From: Strigamia acuminata
Taxonomy: Eukaryota
Assembly (NCBI GenBank): GCA_949358305.1
Contig: OX442314.1
Coordinates: 13,888,001 to 13,952,000 of the forward strand
Length of the DNA: 64,000 bases
Direction: 5' to 3'
Under the pieces are notes generated by a model. The model was given only the letters and a program-made list of their open reading frames with translations, did no database searches and was not told where the DNA came from. Position numbers and translations under genes: made by a program. This document shows, one piece after another, positions 25,855 through 39,500 of the stretch. The stretch's first letter is position 1. Each line of letters starts with the position of its first letter.

Positions 25855-28800
25855 AGTTGTTACATATTTAGCGTCGTTAATATCATCAAGCAATATTTAA
25901 TTATTCATATTCGAGATGTGCGCATTGAAATAGATGTTAGTTCGTATTCTGTGCAAAAGATGGGCATGAAACTTGAAAGGATACTATTTTACGAGTGCAG
26001 GTGGTGTCTGCGATTGGACTGCTCGGCATAAGTTGTTTGAGATCAAGTTTTGAATAGGATTTCGATAATCCGACACTTCGATTATAGCATTACTGGTAAG
26101 TCTTTGCATTTGATTCGATGGGACATTCGCTTTCAAAATTGGATTTTGAACGTGGAAGTGTTCGTACTAGACCAAGACATTTAGAGCAACGGATACAATT
26201 TTGCTTTTTAACTAAAAATTTTAGTTTAATTAAATTTTTTTTTATGTGATTTGAATGAGTTTTTATATTTTATATTTTGTTAGTTCTTAGGGTTATTTTA
26301 TCATGTCATACGATTGCTAATCACTTTGAAATTAGAATAACGATATGAACATAAGTGACATTAATGTTGACGCTTGAATGAAAGTTGCAGGCGGAATCCG
26401 CCATTAAAATTGCTTAATTTACTGCTATTACGGTATAAAGTGGTGCAAATTTATGGGTTTTTCGGTAATATATGACTGCAAAATGTGTTAAAATTAATTT
26501 TCACAGCGCTTGATTAAAAATTATCTGTTCAACACTACTGCGAAATGTGTGTGCACAGAATTCTAGTTATTAAGCCTAGGTTTGAAAACAAGATTATTAC
26601 TAGCTTAAATCATCTAAGCTTGATTTGAAACTCTTTTAAAGGTTAGGCTGGTCGCGTACAATTTCCCACAGTGGTTTGTGTACTGGTGACAATGATCCAA
26701 CTGCAAATGGAATAAATATCTAAGTGGAGACTTGTTTGGAATTGGAATTGTCTATTTGAACGTTTGAAACATTTTCTATTGCACCTTTGAATGTGACATC
26801 TGTCACATCTTTTATAACTGATTAAATAAACAAAAGTGTTCTTCCGGTTCTTTCATTCACGAAACCACCGAATATTGCGAATAACACCTTTAAATCATGT
26901 AAAGTTGCTACTTTATTCAGAATGTTTTGAATAGAAAACTTTGCTGTATCGCTAGTTTTATGTTAATAGGTTAACATGGGAGTCATGGCTTGTCCTATGT
27001 ACATGGATTTTCAATTTTTTTGTGGGTGTAAAAGAATTCTATTGGCACATTGTTTGATCTGAAGTTTATTAGCGATTCTGTCGTGTTAATCAGAGAAAAT
27101 TTCACATTTTCAAGCATTTTTATTAATTGCAACTCACGGGGCTTAATTTTCTTAATTTGTTTGCGGTTAAATAAAACTCGCAGCCTAGCTGTAACCATGA
27201 TGATACTTTGTAATTTATACCTAATAAATTTCACTTATTAAATGCTGGATTGAAGACTTCAAATTAAAACCAGTACGGTAAAATATAAATAAAATTAATT
27301 GGCTGCGAATTTATAGCTCTTTGCACTTACTTTAGCAGTACAGGCTTATAGTTGCAGCAGCGTGTGATCACATTAAATTTATGACGCGAATTTTTTCCAT
27401 CAGCTTGGTGAAGATGTCCAAAAAATTACTTGATTACTGTAGGAAGGATGTTGTGACAAGAGGAAGTGCTTAAATATCTTATTTTCATGCTGGAGGCTGT
27501 TAATTACCATACCTTGGCAGTTCTCCAAGTCCATTGCTCTAGAATAACAAATTCAGAGTAAAGTGCTACAAGTCCTACGATTGTTCAAACGTGAAACGAC
27601 TTTAATCATTTATTAAATGACTTGTTTCGTGTCTTTAATGCGAAATATATCGTGGAAATATTTTTTATTTTTTATTTTAGTTTTTTGGTATTCAATTTGT
27701 TGAATAACTTGACCACACATTACGGTATCCTAAGTGTTGACCACTGGATTTTAATGCGGTGTTTGATAATGTTAAACCAATCCTTAGGTTTAGGAGAAGG
27801 GCTTATTTTGGTGGAATTGCCAAATGAAAATGCAATCTGCAATGAATAATGATAATCATCTTTAATTTTTTTAATTCAATGGTTGGTAATAATACGTTAA
27901 TTGCATCATTCTACTGGGTTCGAGAGCTATTGTGCGTAATTGGGAAGTTTGTTCTGGTTTGTGTGGAGATTTAAATCGAAGTATTGAAGGTGAGATTTCG
28001 GATTTGGATAGTAGAGCTGCATTTAATAAGGTGTTTTAGGCAAACTAATGTGTGTATGCAAATGTTGTGGGGGAAATGTGAACTATATTTAATTTATTCA
28101 AAGTAACGTAGCTGTAAGGAACTTGTCGCAGTGTTTTCATTGACATTAATTGCCACAATATCATTTTTGAAATGTCAACAAATTAGTTTGTATTTGCAGT
28201 ATATATTTACAAGTCGGTTGTACTCGTATATTATAGGTTTACATTTGAAAATGTAAACATTTTTACTTTTTCTCAGCATCACTAGGAAATTGCAATGTGT
28301 TTTGGTAATGTTTGTCCATGAAAATCTTACCTAGTTTCAGTATTCCATTGAAGATGATCATTACCTGGTCACAGTTTTCCAGAAAATAGTCATCCGGGTG
28401 ACGTCACATTGTTGACATGTTGTTTGTACGCAGTGCATTGTGGATGATTAAAATTTGCTCGTGAAATGACATCACCTTTATTTAAAAACTAACATGACGT
28501 TAGTTTTCCAAAATTCGAATTTGCACTTCATACACAACAGTTTGAAAGCGGTTTGTAAAGATACAGAATCATCATTGTAAAATAAAGAAATACAATGAAT
28601 ACGCATTGATTTAACGTTTTAAAGTAATTTCAGCAAGATACACGCTTTAACCGCTGTTTACATCGGTTTCTACTTGCGACTTGACTTATTAATTAAATAC
28701 CTTTTAACTATTAAAATAATTTATATACCGAAGGAGTTTTATCTTCATTGGTTAAACATGGAGCTGAGGACCATTTGAGGGTTAATTCTGCAAGCTCAAA

Positions 28801-30497
28801 CGCCAAACGTCCAGCTCGTTCATTCTGATCCCATTTGGATCTAATTGAAATTCAATTTGAATTATTTGTCAGTGAACCTCGTTGTAAACTTGCAGACAAT
28901 AAACCATGCTGGAATCGAGTAAATTGATACAGATTGCTCTACCGATCTGCGATGTGGTTTACTGTGAAAATCGTGCAATCAATTGCCTTAATTAATATTT
29001 CCGTTTCGTTTTTAAAATTTATTTTTAATTTTATTGATTGGATAGCGAGAAGAGAAAAAAAAAATAGATGGAATTTAAAATAGATAGCCTCATCCATTTT
29101 AAGGTATTGAGTTTTGAACATTTCAATGAAAAATAGCAGTGGGATTTGGCTATTCGGGAATGTCGATGGGTTCTAAAAGTAGATTCATGAATTCGTGAGG
29201 CGATGTAATGTGTCAAAGAAGTGGAATAATTTTTGCGGAGATTTTTAATGTTTCTGAGTTTGTTGGGAAAGGGGGGGGGGCAAAGGAGTAACTTGTTTTA
29301 TTTTAATTTAATAAAGCACATTGGTCTCGGGGGCAATTGGGCGCGTTAAGAGAGGTGAAATATAAATCAAATTTTAAATTTTACTTTGTTGTTTAAGTAA
29401 AAAAATTTTATATCAAATAAAATTGGAATTTAGAAAATTTGTTATCATTCTGAGGAAACTGAATGGAATTGTTTTTATCATGTTAAGATAATTTTTATAA
29501 GTTTTTATTGTTATTACTATTACTGATGTTAAAAAGAAGTAAAAAATGCGTAGATTTGTGGCAAAGGCTAATTGAACTTTGCGCATTTAATGAGTGTGAA
29601 ACATGAGACCAACTAATGAAGATTAATTAGTCTTAAATCGTAATCGTATATGTATTTTGACAGCATGTGATATGTTTCATCATGTTTCGCATATTTTCAA
29701 ATTTGCTCCACTCGGTCTTTCCCTCATTTATCAATCTGTAAACAGAAAATTATTACGTAGTTTCGAAAAAATATGAAATAAAATAAAATAAAATCCACTT
29801 GGCAACACAAAACACTTAAAAAAAAAACAATTTCGATCCTTAATCTACTGAAAACCTCTTCCCCAACGAATCAATATGCTTGAAAATTGCTAAGACAAAA
29901 ATTCAATTTTTTTTTTGCCCCTTTTTCTTTTCCTTTTAACTTCTATTCCAGTTGAAAACCCCCACAAACACAATTCATCTCTTGTTTTTTTTAACATGGG
30001 TCATAATCCGTACTTTTCTTGTCAGTTGATGTATTCTGATTGGTTATTGAAATTAGCTACCATGGCAACATGTCATCTCATTAAACATTGATTTTTGAGC
30101 ATCCCCATCCCCCTCTCCCACCTCTACCCCCATAGATTGCGCGCGTGTGTATTGTGTGATGTGTGTGTATTGTGTGGGGAGCACGCGGGGAGTGCACACT
30201 GCTGCCTGTGCTGTTTCTAGCCTCTCTTCAATGTAGTAAGCGATTTTTATTGAACCGTGTGCCGTCTGCACTCTACTCGGGCCCCTGTTGCCTGCGTGCC
30301 TCCGCCGTGAGTGGATACTGTACGTGTGTGTGTGAGTGTGTGTGGTGTGTGGAGCTGCGCGTGCTGGATGTTGCCCGTAGTAGTCAGAGCAAGCAGCTGC
30401 AGCAGCTAGTTGGGTGTGTGCCCGAGTCTCGCTCTTCACTCTGGGCTCAATACCATTTGATTTCCGTCTGGTTGAATGTTGTTGGATCTAAAGTTCG

Positions 30498-30533
30498 ATG
30501 CAGGCCAGGCCAAGCGAGGAGATTATGAGAAAG
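30498..30533 (+). CDS. Candidate alternative first coding exon of the PLEKHH gene (MQARPSEEIMRK)
   Basis: ATG-initiated, 12 codons, ending in the consensus donor AAG|GTAAGC. Phase 0 matches the acceptor at 52061. It lies at the end of a GC/CpG-rich promoter/5'UTR-like block (~30040-30500). Confidence 0.6.
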
Positions 30534-33500
30534 GTAAGCGCTTTTTTTGTACCACTACTCATTCACAAACGATCCACCTTTTCCCATAATGCTGCTTGCA
30601 CCACCCTAGCCGGCGTGGCGACTTCTCTCTACACTAAGCAGCCATTAGCCATTCGCCTTGCCCTTTGTCAGGTGACGGCTAAGGTGTGGTCGTAAATTAA
30701 CTGATGTGATGGTTACACTCATTATTTTCCTATATTTATTTATATAATAATATTATTTTAAAAAATGTTTTTTAAAATAATAATATGGGGGTTTAACGCT
30801 GTGTAACCTCGACCCTGAGTAAGGGCAGACAATGGCCATTGTGATTGCACCCTCGCTTTGATGCTGGGTTGTGGGGGTCTCTCGATTCTAACCCCTGCGA
30901 CAAGATGTGTGCCATCCTTGTGATACGATCACCCGCCGACATAGTGCGGCTTCACGGCTAGGCACGAGTGTATTGCGTCAAGTGCAAAGTAGGAACATGG
31001 GGAGAGAGATAATGAGGAAGGTATACGGTTACCTAGCTTAGGTACTTTTTTTTTATTTTTATTATTATTATTTCTTTTTTTCTTAATATGGTCGTCGCTG
31101 GGTGAAGGAAACGAAGGATCATTTTTCCATTCGCGTGTGTGGATTATTATCTGATAATGGATCATTGTGGGTTCTTTTGAAAAGGAAGGAAGCTTGAAGG
31201 GAATTCCTCTCCCCCGCTCCTCTTTTTACCATCGTCTATCCTGGATGTGGTTGCTTTCATTCAGGTGCTTTGACTGGTGATAACTCAGATCGGTGATCAC
31301 CCCAAGGTGCGCCTTATATCAATAGCATGCATTTGATGCGTGTAAAAATAATTTTGCGCAGTTTAAAATTTAATGCTTGTGCAGGGGTCAATTTGTCGTG
31401 CCCTCGCTTGCTTATTCATGAATTTTGTTGTTATTGTTATTAGTTTGAGACTGTGTAGACAGAAGCGATAAATCACTATTGATCTCTCAGGTGCGTAGGA
31501 GTGTGTAAGTGGAAAATGTTTGCAATGGGAATTTTTGAAGCCTCGAATCAGACCACGGGGGTGGAATGCAGGTTTTAAATATGCGTTGTTTGAATGGCGT
31601 TGGCCAAACGTGTTTGTATTAAAGTTGAAAGTCGAATGGCGTAAATGACGAGTTGTTTTGTTGTGCGCGTATCGCTCGGATTCGATGGGCTGCCTGTGTT
31701 TTTCTACTCTCGGGTAGTTGTATTGATCAATGACGGTTTGATCAATAGGAAATCGCCAAAACCATTTCATTCCGAAAGGGTTTCTTTCTTTCTTCTTGAG
31801 GAAAATCCAAATTGGCGCAAAGTTGTCTGGGGATTTTATTTCTAATTTATTTCCGAAAAATACGCACGGAAATAAATAAATAATAAAAATCGGTTGCTAC
31901 GATTTAAAAATGCATGCGAGTGATTTCATCTTTACAACACGTCAGTTTCGAATATTAATTATTAATTTACCTGTACAGTAATTCGATTAAATTACTCTAA
32001 TAAAGTAGGCGATTTCTACCACGCATGATTTATTGTTATTCCACTATTTAATATTATTTCGATATATTTTTCACGCCCTTCTTTCTTCACCTCAACTACA
32101 TATGTCAAACGCACATCGGAAGGAGATAGGGGTATTAAATATATCCAAAGGTGAAGAAATCCTTTTTATAGCCCTTCTTTCTTCTGAACCATAAAAGTCT
32201 TTGTGTGTAATATGGTTGGCAATAGATTGGGTATTTGAATCGGAGCGCAGCTAAAGCATTTTGTTGACTGCAGCAGCGGGGCAGGTGAGGCTGGTAAGGC
32301 TGATGATGCAGCGATCGACCCTACGTGTTGAAATGGGTCATGGCCAAGACACTGGTGAAGGCGATGGTGCCAAGCAGTCTTGCTCATCCTGTCTTGCACC
32401 CTTGCTAACTTGGAAAGGTCTTTGGCCAGAGTGGAAACAAGTTGCTGGCTTTTGTAAGACAAGTACCCGGCGCACATTAGATGGGTGGGGTCTCTTCGTT
32501 TGCTGTCTGTCACTGTTGAAAAAGTCATTCGAACCTCTTTGGGTGGAGGAAAGTGATGGCACAAGCTTATCGCGAACCATCACAAGTGCTGGCACGGAAA
32601 AAGGGAAGGAGAAAGATGGGCTGGAGAACGAGAGATGCAGTTTGACACAAGTTTGGTGTGTGCAGTGCAGTAGCAATGCTTGCTTTTTGTGTGGCATAGT
32701 CAAAAAAGGGAAGTTTGATTATAGATAAGAGAAGAAATGGAGGAAATTTAAGTTGGTTTTTTTCTTTTGGAAGGTTAGCTTGAGTGTGTGTGGCTGAAAT
32801 GAAGTAAAATGTGTTTTTTTTTTTTTTTTTTCAAAAAAAATTTATTTTGGTTTTGTTTTTAAGCCACCATTGGTGAAGTTAATTTGAGTGCAATAAAAAG
32901 TTTGATAAAACTAATAATAAAATTGGAAACTAAATTTGTGCGGTTTAACAGCTATACAAATAAAAGTGGAGCAATTTGTGAAAGCAATCGTAAAACCACT
33001 TTTATTTTGTTTTTGTTGTTGTTGTTGGTGGTGGAGGTTTGAAGTTGAAATTGCAATGGATGTTTCGTTTTCCTCCACACAAGAGCCTATATTCTGATAT
33101 TTTACACTTAGAAGTGGTGACTTGAACATTGGGGCAGCGATGATGACATGTAATCCCTTCCGAATAACTTAAGTTTATAGCAGTTGTGATAAATGAGAGG
33201 TTTTTGTGTGAGAAAACTCTAAATGCGCAAAAGCTATAAAAACGAATCCATTTCTTGCTGCGAAACAAACACGAATTGTCTAAATTAGCGAAAACTATTT
33301 GCATTAGAAAATATCGAAATGTTTAGCAATTTAAGTTCATCTTTTCAGTGAAAAAGAATTCAACATTTAATTTCTTTCGCCTCGCATTTAAATACAATGT
33401 TAACCGTATTTAATGTTGTGAAAATAATTTTTAGGAAACTGTTTGGAACTATTATCGTGTAGAAATAAAAATAAAAATAAAGGTCAATTTGATTCGCAAT

Positions 33501-36500
33501 TCAGTTCTCCTTTTCTCTCGATTGCTGTACGGCGCTATGCAAATAATGCGGATGATGGGCTCGAGCGAGAATGAATGCAAAACACGGGTACGGCTTGGCA
33601 ATGGCATGGATTTCACCCCGCAACTCGTACTGAATTAGTTGCGACAAATGTTGAGCATGTTGGCCATTACGTCGGTTATTGTATTTCCTGCAAGACAAAC
33701 CCGCATTTCAAGGTGATGAGATCAATATTCTTGTTGTCGACTTGCGTTAGTTTCACGTCTTGGCATAGTTGGCCCAACATGTTTATTCATACATATTCGC
33801 AAGATGCCATTCTAATTAATTGGATAGAAAATTATTCGCAGCTAAGGAAAAAAGTAAAGCCGGAGAGAAAAGCATGACGCATTAAGGTTAATAAATTTAA
33901 AGGAAAATTAAATTTTTTAAAGTGAAGTAAATTCACGGTAACAGGACATTACTTAATAATTTTATGTGTTAGAAGGAGTCAAGAAATACGGAATAAGCCT
34001 AAAATTCATTGGTTATCATGGGAAAAGAATGATTCACCTTGTGGTTTTTTTCTAAGTAATATGTTGCATGATCTCGATATAAATTGTTGTTTTTGCCTTG
34101 TCAATTTCAATATATTTAGGCATGTGGTAATAAAACACGCATAAAGTATAATTGTTAGACGAAAATCCATGGGAAAATAAAGATTTTCTTTTTCGTTTTG
34201 CACTTCCAATTTGTAAGTTTAGTCCGGATTAAATTTATGTCCGACACGACTGCGTTGCGACTGCGCATATCTCAGGAAGTTGTGGCCGTTTTATATTTTA
34301 TTCTTAGATGGTTCTCTAGGTAGTAGTTGCCACAAGAAATCTCGTTCCAAATCTTAATCATAACCCCTTCCACCTCTCCTTATGAGTTCCTTATGCATTC
34401 CTTTCCTTCCTGGACTAGGCAATACTCTCTGCCAACCATTTTTTTCTTCCCTTCATGACTTCCTCTTCCCATCTATTTTACTCCAACTCATCTCTTCTTC
34501 TCTCTTTCTCTCTCCAACTTGTTACTGTAATTCAGTATTAAAAAATTTCCCCTCCTTTCCCATCTCTGCAAGGTAAAAATTCGCTATGCATAAGCCGAGA
34601 TGAATTTTTTTGATTATGGACCATTTAGAGAGAGAGAGCGTATAATATTTCAATGCACGCGTATACCCATACTGCTCTTGGGTGTAAGTTTGAAGTTTGA
34701 AGTGTACCCCATACCATAACGCAAAATTTGAAGAGGATTTTCATTTTTTTTTTCATTTTTTTTTATTTGTATAACGGTATTTATATAGGAGAATTACATC
34801 TTGTTTATTCAGTATATTTTTCCAGTAAATTCTACCTTTGAGTCGTGTGTTGACAATTCGAATTATTGATGTTCCATGTTTGAGTTAGTGGGATCATGTG
34901 AGTTACATTCGCTTAAGGGGGATCGTTGAATTTTTATATTTTTTTATATTTTTATTTTTTTTCATTCCGTAAGCGAAAGAAACATTTGGAAACATTTTTA
35001 TGCGATTGGCGTACTAAGAGATGACTGTGGAGTCGAGCACGTTTACTCGATGGAGAAGTCTTCTAATACGCCCCATGCATCAAAGTAATTCGGAGGAGCT
35101 GTAAAAGTAGGCATGTAAGGAGCGAGAAGTTGGAGTATTGTGCCTCGGAATTTCAACTGCCCCAGTGTCTTTTCTCTGGCCCGTGATTGGCGCGCAGATT
35201 ATTGTTGCTAGGCACCCGGTGCTGATGCCAGAGGACGGCGCGGCCAGAATACAGAAGAGGTTTCGTCCAAACTCGTACAAAGGAATGGGGATGAAGTTAG
35301 ACGACTGTGCCAACCCGACTTGAAATGTACGAGGTGTTGAAAGTGCAATTGAGGATGGATGGACGCTTTATTCGCTTCCATGGGCAGTGACATTAGTTGA
35401 TCTGACTGCTTGAAACGCAAACTCGGCACGCGAATTGATCTTTGATTGAACCTTTTAGAGAAACCCGACTGAAGAAGGATGTGGAACATAATTTTGGGAT
35501 TTATTTAGCTCGGTTTAGCGGAAATGGAAAAAAAAAGCCATAAAAGGTTTCAAGAAATTTGTAAGGATTTTAGTTATGTCTCAATTTATCGCCGCTAAGG
35601 GCGTAAGTAATTGCGCGCGTGAGTAATGCTGTTTACACGTGTTTAAGAATTAGTATAAAGGGTTGTTATTACAAGAACGCGGTCTGACAGTTACATTAAT
35701 TTGGCCCACATAAACGACTAATGGAGTGAATGTATCAGACGCGCGAGGGCTGGAATTTTATTCCGCTGCCTGGTAATGACGTAAGCGAGCGAAATGAGTC
35801 GGTTTTGAGTCAGCTCAGCGCTCACTCGATTCTCAATTCAATTGCAATGGCCTTCATTAAAAGCATGGCCCTTTTCGTCATAGGAGGAAGATTAAATTTC
35901 CAGCTTGAGTGTCTAATGAATGTTGTGAATTTTGTGTATCAACTTACATTCCTGCTGTGAAGTTTAGCGCTCGTTTTATTCCGTTTGATGCGGAGTTTAC
36001 GTGCGAAATTAACCTTTTCATTTTAACAAAGGAAAATGAATTGTGATTGCACACTGGTGAGTGAATCTGCTGCTTGCGCAAGAAATGCGTGTCTTGGGGG
36101 AGTAAGGATTTTTTCAACAAAAGGGATTCGGGGTTGAAAGCCCAGAAGGGAAGAAAATGGAAGAAAAAAAATCTGCACTTGGTGGATTGATTGGTAAAAC
36201 TGTGGTTCTTAGTTGAAAAGTAAAATAAATGAAAAAATATTATTTTTTTTGGTGTTTGGCTTTTGTTGAAGCGCACTGAAAAGTGACAGCATGTGTTTTG
36301 TTTGTATGAATACGCTGTTTTTTCTTCTTTTTTTCGTGGAAGATTTCTTTAGCTGATTGTGTTGGTATTTCTACATGTGACATAGGACGGAGTGACTCGA
36401 ATGTCTTGTGTATCTCTATGTGATTTGCGTTCGGCAATCAAATCACGTCTTTTCTGCTGCTGAAAATTCCCTTCTGCTTCGCCAGTTGAGCAGCAGTGGG

Positions 36501-39500
36501 CAGATATTGTAATGAGATTGTCAAAAATACCCAGGAAGCTTGTTTCCCCCTTCTCAATTTTTCTCGACTTTTCCTGGCATTTATCAACTCTTTGTGTGTG
36601 CGATGCAGCATCATCATAAAAGAATTTGATTGCAAATTTCTGGAACGGGAAAAAAATTCATTCATGTTATCTCTGACGTCGTCTGCTTGAATTATGAAAT
36701 ATGTCAATGGGAATTAAGAAAGTGAAGGCACGAGAGCAAGAAAAATTATGTGTAAAACAATTGACACGAGAATAAAACATGATTTAATGAGATCACGTGT
36801 GCAATGAGATTTTACGAGATTTTTTTACATGTGCAATTAAGACATAAACATTCGTGTTGAAAATCCTGTCTCATTAACTCGCCACTTTAACCCGTGAACT
36901 CAGGGTTAACTTTGCAGTTTTGTGCGCATTAATTCATTCAAGGGCAACTAATATAACATCGTGTACACTGTTAAAATAAAAGGTAAAACGAAATGGAACA
37001 ATGGACGGCAATTCCAAGTTGCCATACCAAAATAAAGGTCAAATTCTAAGACAAAGAGGTCGCTCGTTGGAATATGCGTTAACTGAAAAGCAAATATATT
37101 GTAAAATATATTTTTGAACCATGTGGGAAGTTAGACTCCATTATGCATCGTCTTGTTTAAGTAAAGAGTGACAAATGGATCTTTGATGTCATCTTTGAGT
37201 GCCCATTGGCGAGTTGAAGTTAAACCGTGTACAGATTGAAAATTTTATTGCAAAATTCAATATGTGTGAAGTGATGTGAGCCGTGAAAAGGAAAAGTCTA
37301 TTGGATTCACTTTTCTGAAGAGAATAGCAGGACGTTGATGACTTTGATTAGAGCTCCTCGCCAGATTACGCCAACAATTTTGCTTTTGATGGAGTAATAA
37401 GTGTCTTGAGATGAAGAGATGAGTCTTTTCTCGATTTTAGTATAGGGCGTTACTCTTGACTCGCTCCGCTTCTTGTGTGTAATGGATGGCCTGTTGTGGG
37501 CTGAGTGCGGTGCCCAAGGCTGCAGCGTAGTGACGGCGCCACGCTGTCTGCCCGAACACCGCGTTTAAGACGAGGCCAGTATTTCAAGGAAAAGCAGCCA
37601 AATATTGCGCCACGCAAATTCCACAAGAAACAGTGCGTGAATGATTTACAAGCGTGTTGTCGTAAGCCTGCTGCATGCACCGAATTGCGTTGCATCTATC
37701 CAACTCGTTGCAAGTTTCTCTTCAACCTTTCTATCACAGTTTTATGGTTTCCTACGGAAATAATGAGCATGCATACCTGCAATGTGGGAGTACTTTTGCT
37801 TCTTCCTCTTACTTTCTTTCTTTTTTCTTTCTTTTTTGTTGTGGTTTTAGATAGGAGTGCCACAAACAACCACATTGAGGGGTGCATTTAGGAGACAATT
37901 CTCTGTTTTTCTTGTGTCCCTAAACTTGCAGGGGAGAGAATCAATGAAAACGCACTTTCTCTTTCTCTTTGAGAAAGAGAGAGAAAGCGAAAGTGCGTTT
38001 TCATTGATTTTGGCACGGGGAACAAGGTTTTTCGTGCAATGAGCTTTTTGTGTGCGAAGCACCAGAAATTGCTGTTTGTTTTGGCCTCTTGTTTCACAAT
38101 GAAAGATTAAAACAACAAATGACGACTTCATTGCCAAATGTCCCCAATTTGTCTTTTTGGTAATTTTTTTTTTTTTTTTTACTTCTTTACATCTTGTATG
38201 AAAAGAAAAAAAATTCTATTTCCCAAAAAAATTATGTTTAGCTCAAGTCACTGATAACCTGCAATGAAACGACAGCGGAGGATTTGTCTTTCTTCTTTAG
38301 CTGGAGCTTATTGGACATTTTTTTGTGTCTTCTCACTCAAGACATTACGGTGCAAGGAGGACAGTGACAAATGGAGGCGCGTGTAATACAACTGTAGGTT
38401 ACAAGCATCACTGTTTGTATGTGAATGACTGGACAGACAAGCCATAGGCGAGAGAAATGGACCAAATGGAAAGACGAGGGGGATTTTTTTTTTCTTTCTT
38501 TTTTTATTATTACAAGGAGATTCAGCTCACGCCATCTGAAACGCCACTCACACAAGTTTAGTAAAGAGAAACTCCTGGTGCAATATTTCCTGCTGTTGGC
38601 TCGGACTCGAATTGAGTCACATATCACTTGAAGAAGGGAGCAAAGGTCCCAATAACGAGCGCATGGGATCGGCATGGAAGGGCCCTGGATTACTTCTTTA
38701 TCAGAAATACTCGAAGCGCGCAAAAGCTTTTGTTTGTTCAACAACATCTTGTGATTACACTGTTAAGGCCTTAATATGGCACTTCCTTTTCACTTTTTTT
38801 TCCTCGATGCGGGTATTTATTTTGGGTTTTTAGGGCGACGACTTAATTGTACGTTTAAAAGGTAAATGTTAATGTGTGTGATGAGTTTGCACAGATGTTA
38901 CGCCATTACGAACTCGTGTGATGAGTCAGATTTGAGGGCGATGCAGTTTTCAAGGCGCGTGTATCGATTCTGCTGTACAAACCAACAGCAGCTCGGTTAA
39001 GTTGATCTCTTTGACAAAGACAGGCTTTCATAATTTCACCAGTTTGAAAGTAAGCAGCTGTTCCGGCACCCCTTAGGGTCAGGATTATTTCTTAGTGGCG
39101 CCGTCTGTTCGGCTATTATTATTGCTTTCCATAAAAGATGGATCGATCGGAATCTAAAGATGAGAAGTGCGCGCACAAATCAAGATTGTTTACAAATCCA
39201 ACACGGTTTTTTTGTGTGACGTCACTATCACGTGATCTGGGAACCTGCACGTGATAAATTGCGTGAGATTTGCATTGTGCATTTGCCCGTTTCCAAGTCA
39301 TTTGCAGGAGGAGGCTTGTTTTTTTTCTAAACAAAGTATAATCCACTTTAGGCAATTTGCTTTGTTTCTATCTGACTCAGTCTCTCTGCCATTTCCACAA
39401 TCCACCAAGGATTCAGGTTGTTGAGCGGTGTTGGCTGTACTGCATGTCTATTGATTCAGACCGTTGCCACAGGCGCCATAACAGACAAGAGGTCTTCGAA

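Noticed and set aside
32166..32728. Overlapping 121-155 aa ORFs in a GC-richer block (possible nested gene)
   Set aside because: No recognisable domain and no convincing splice signals; ORFs on both strands are explained by composition.
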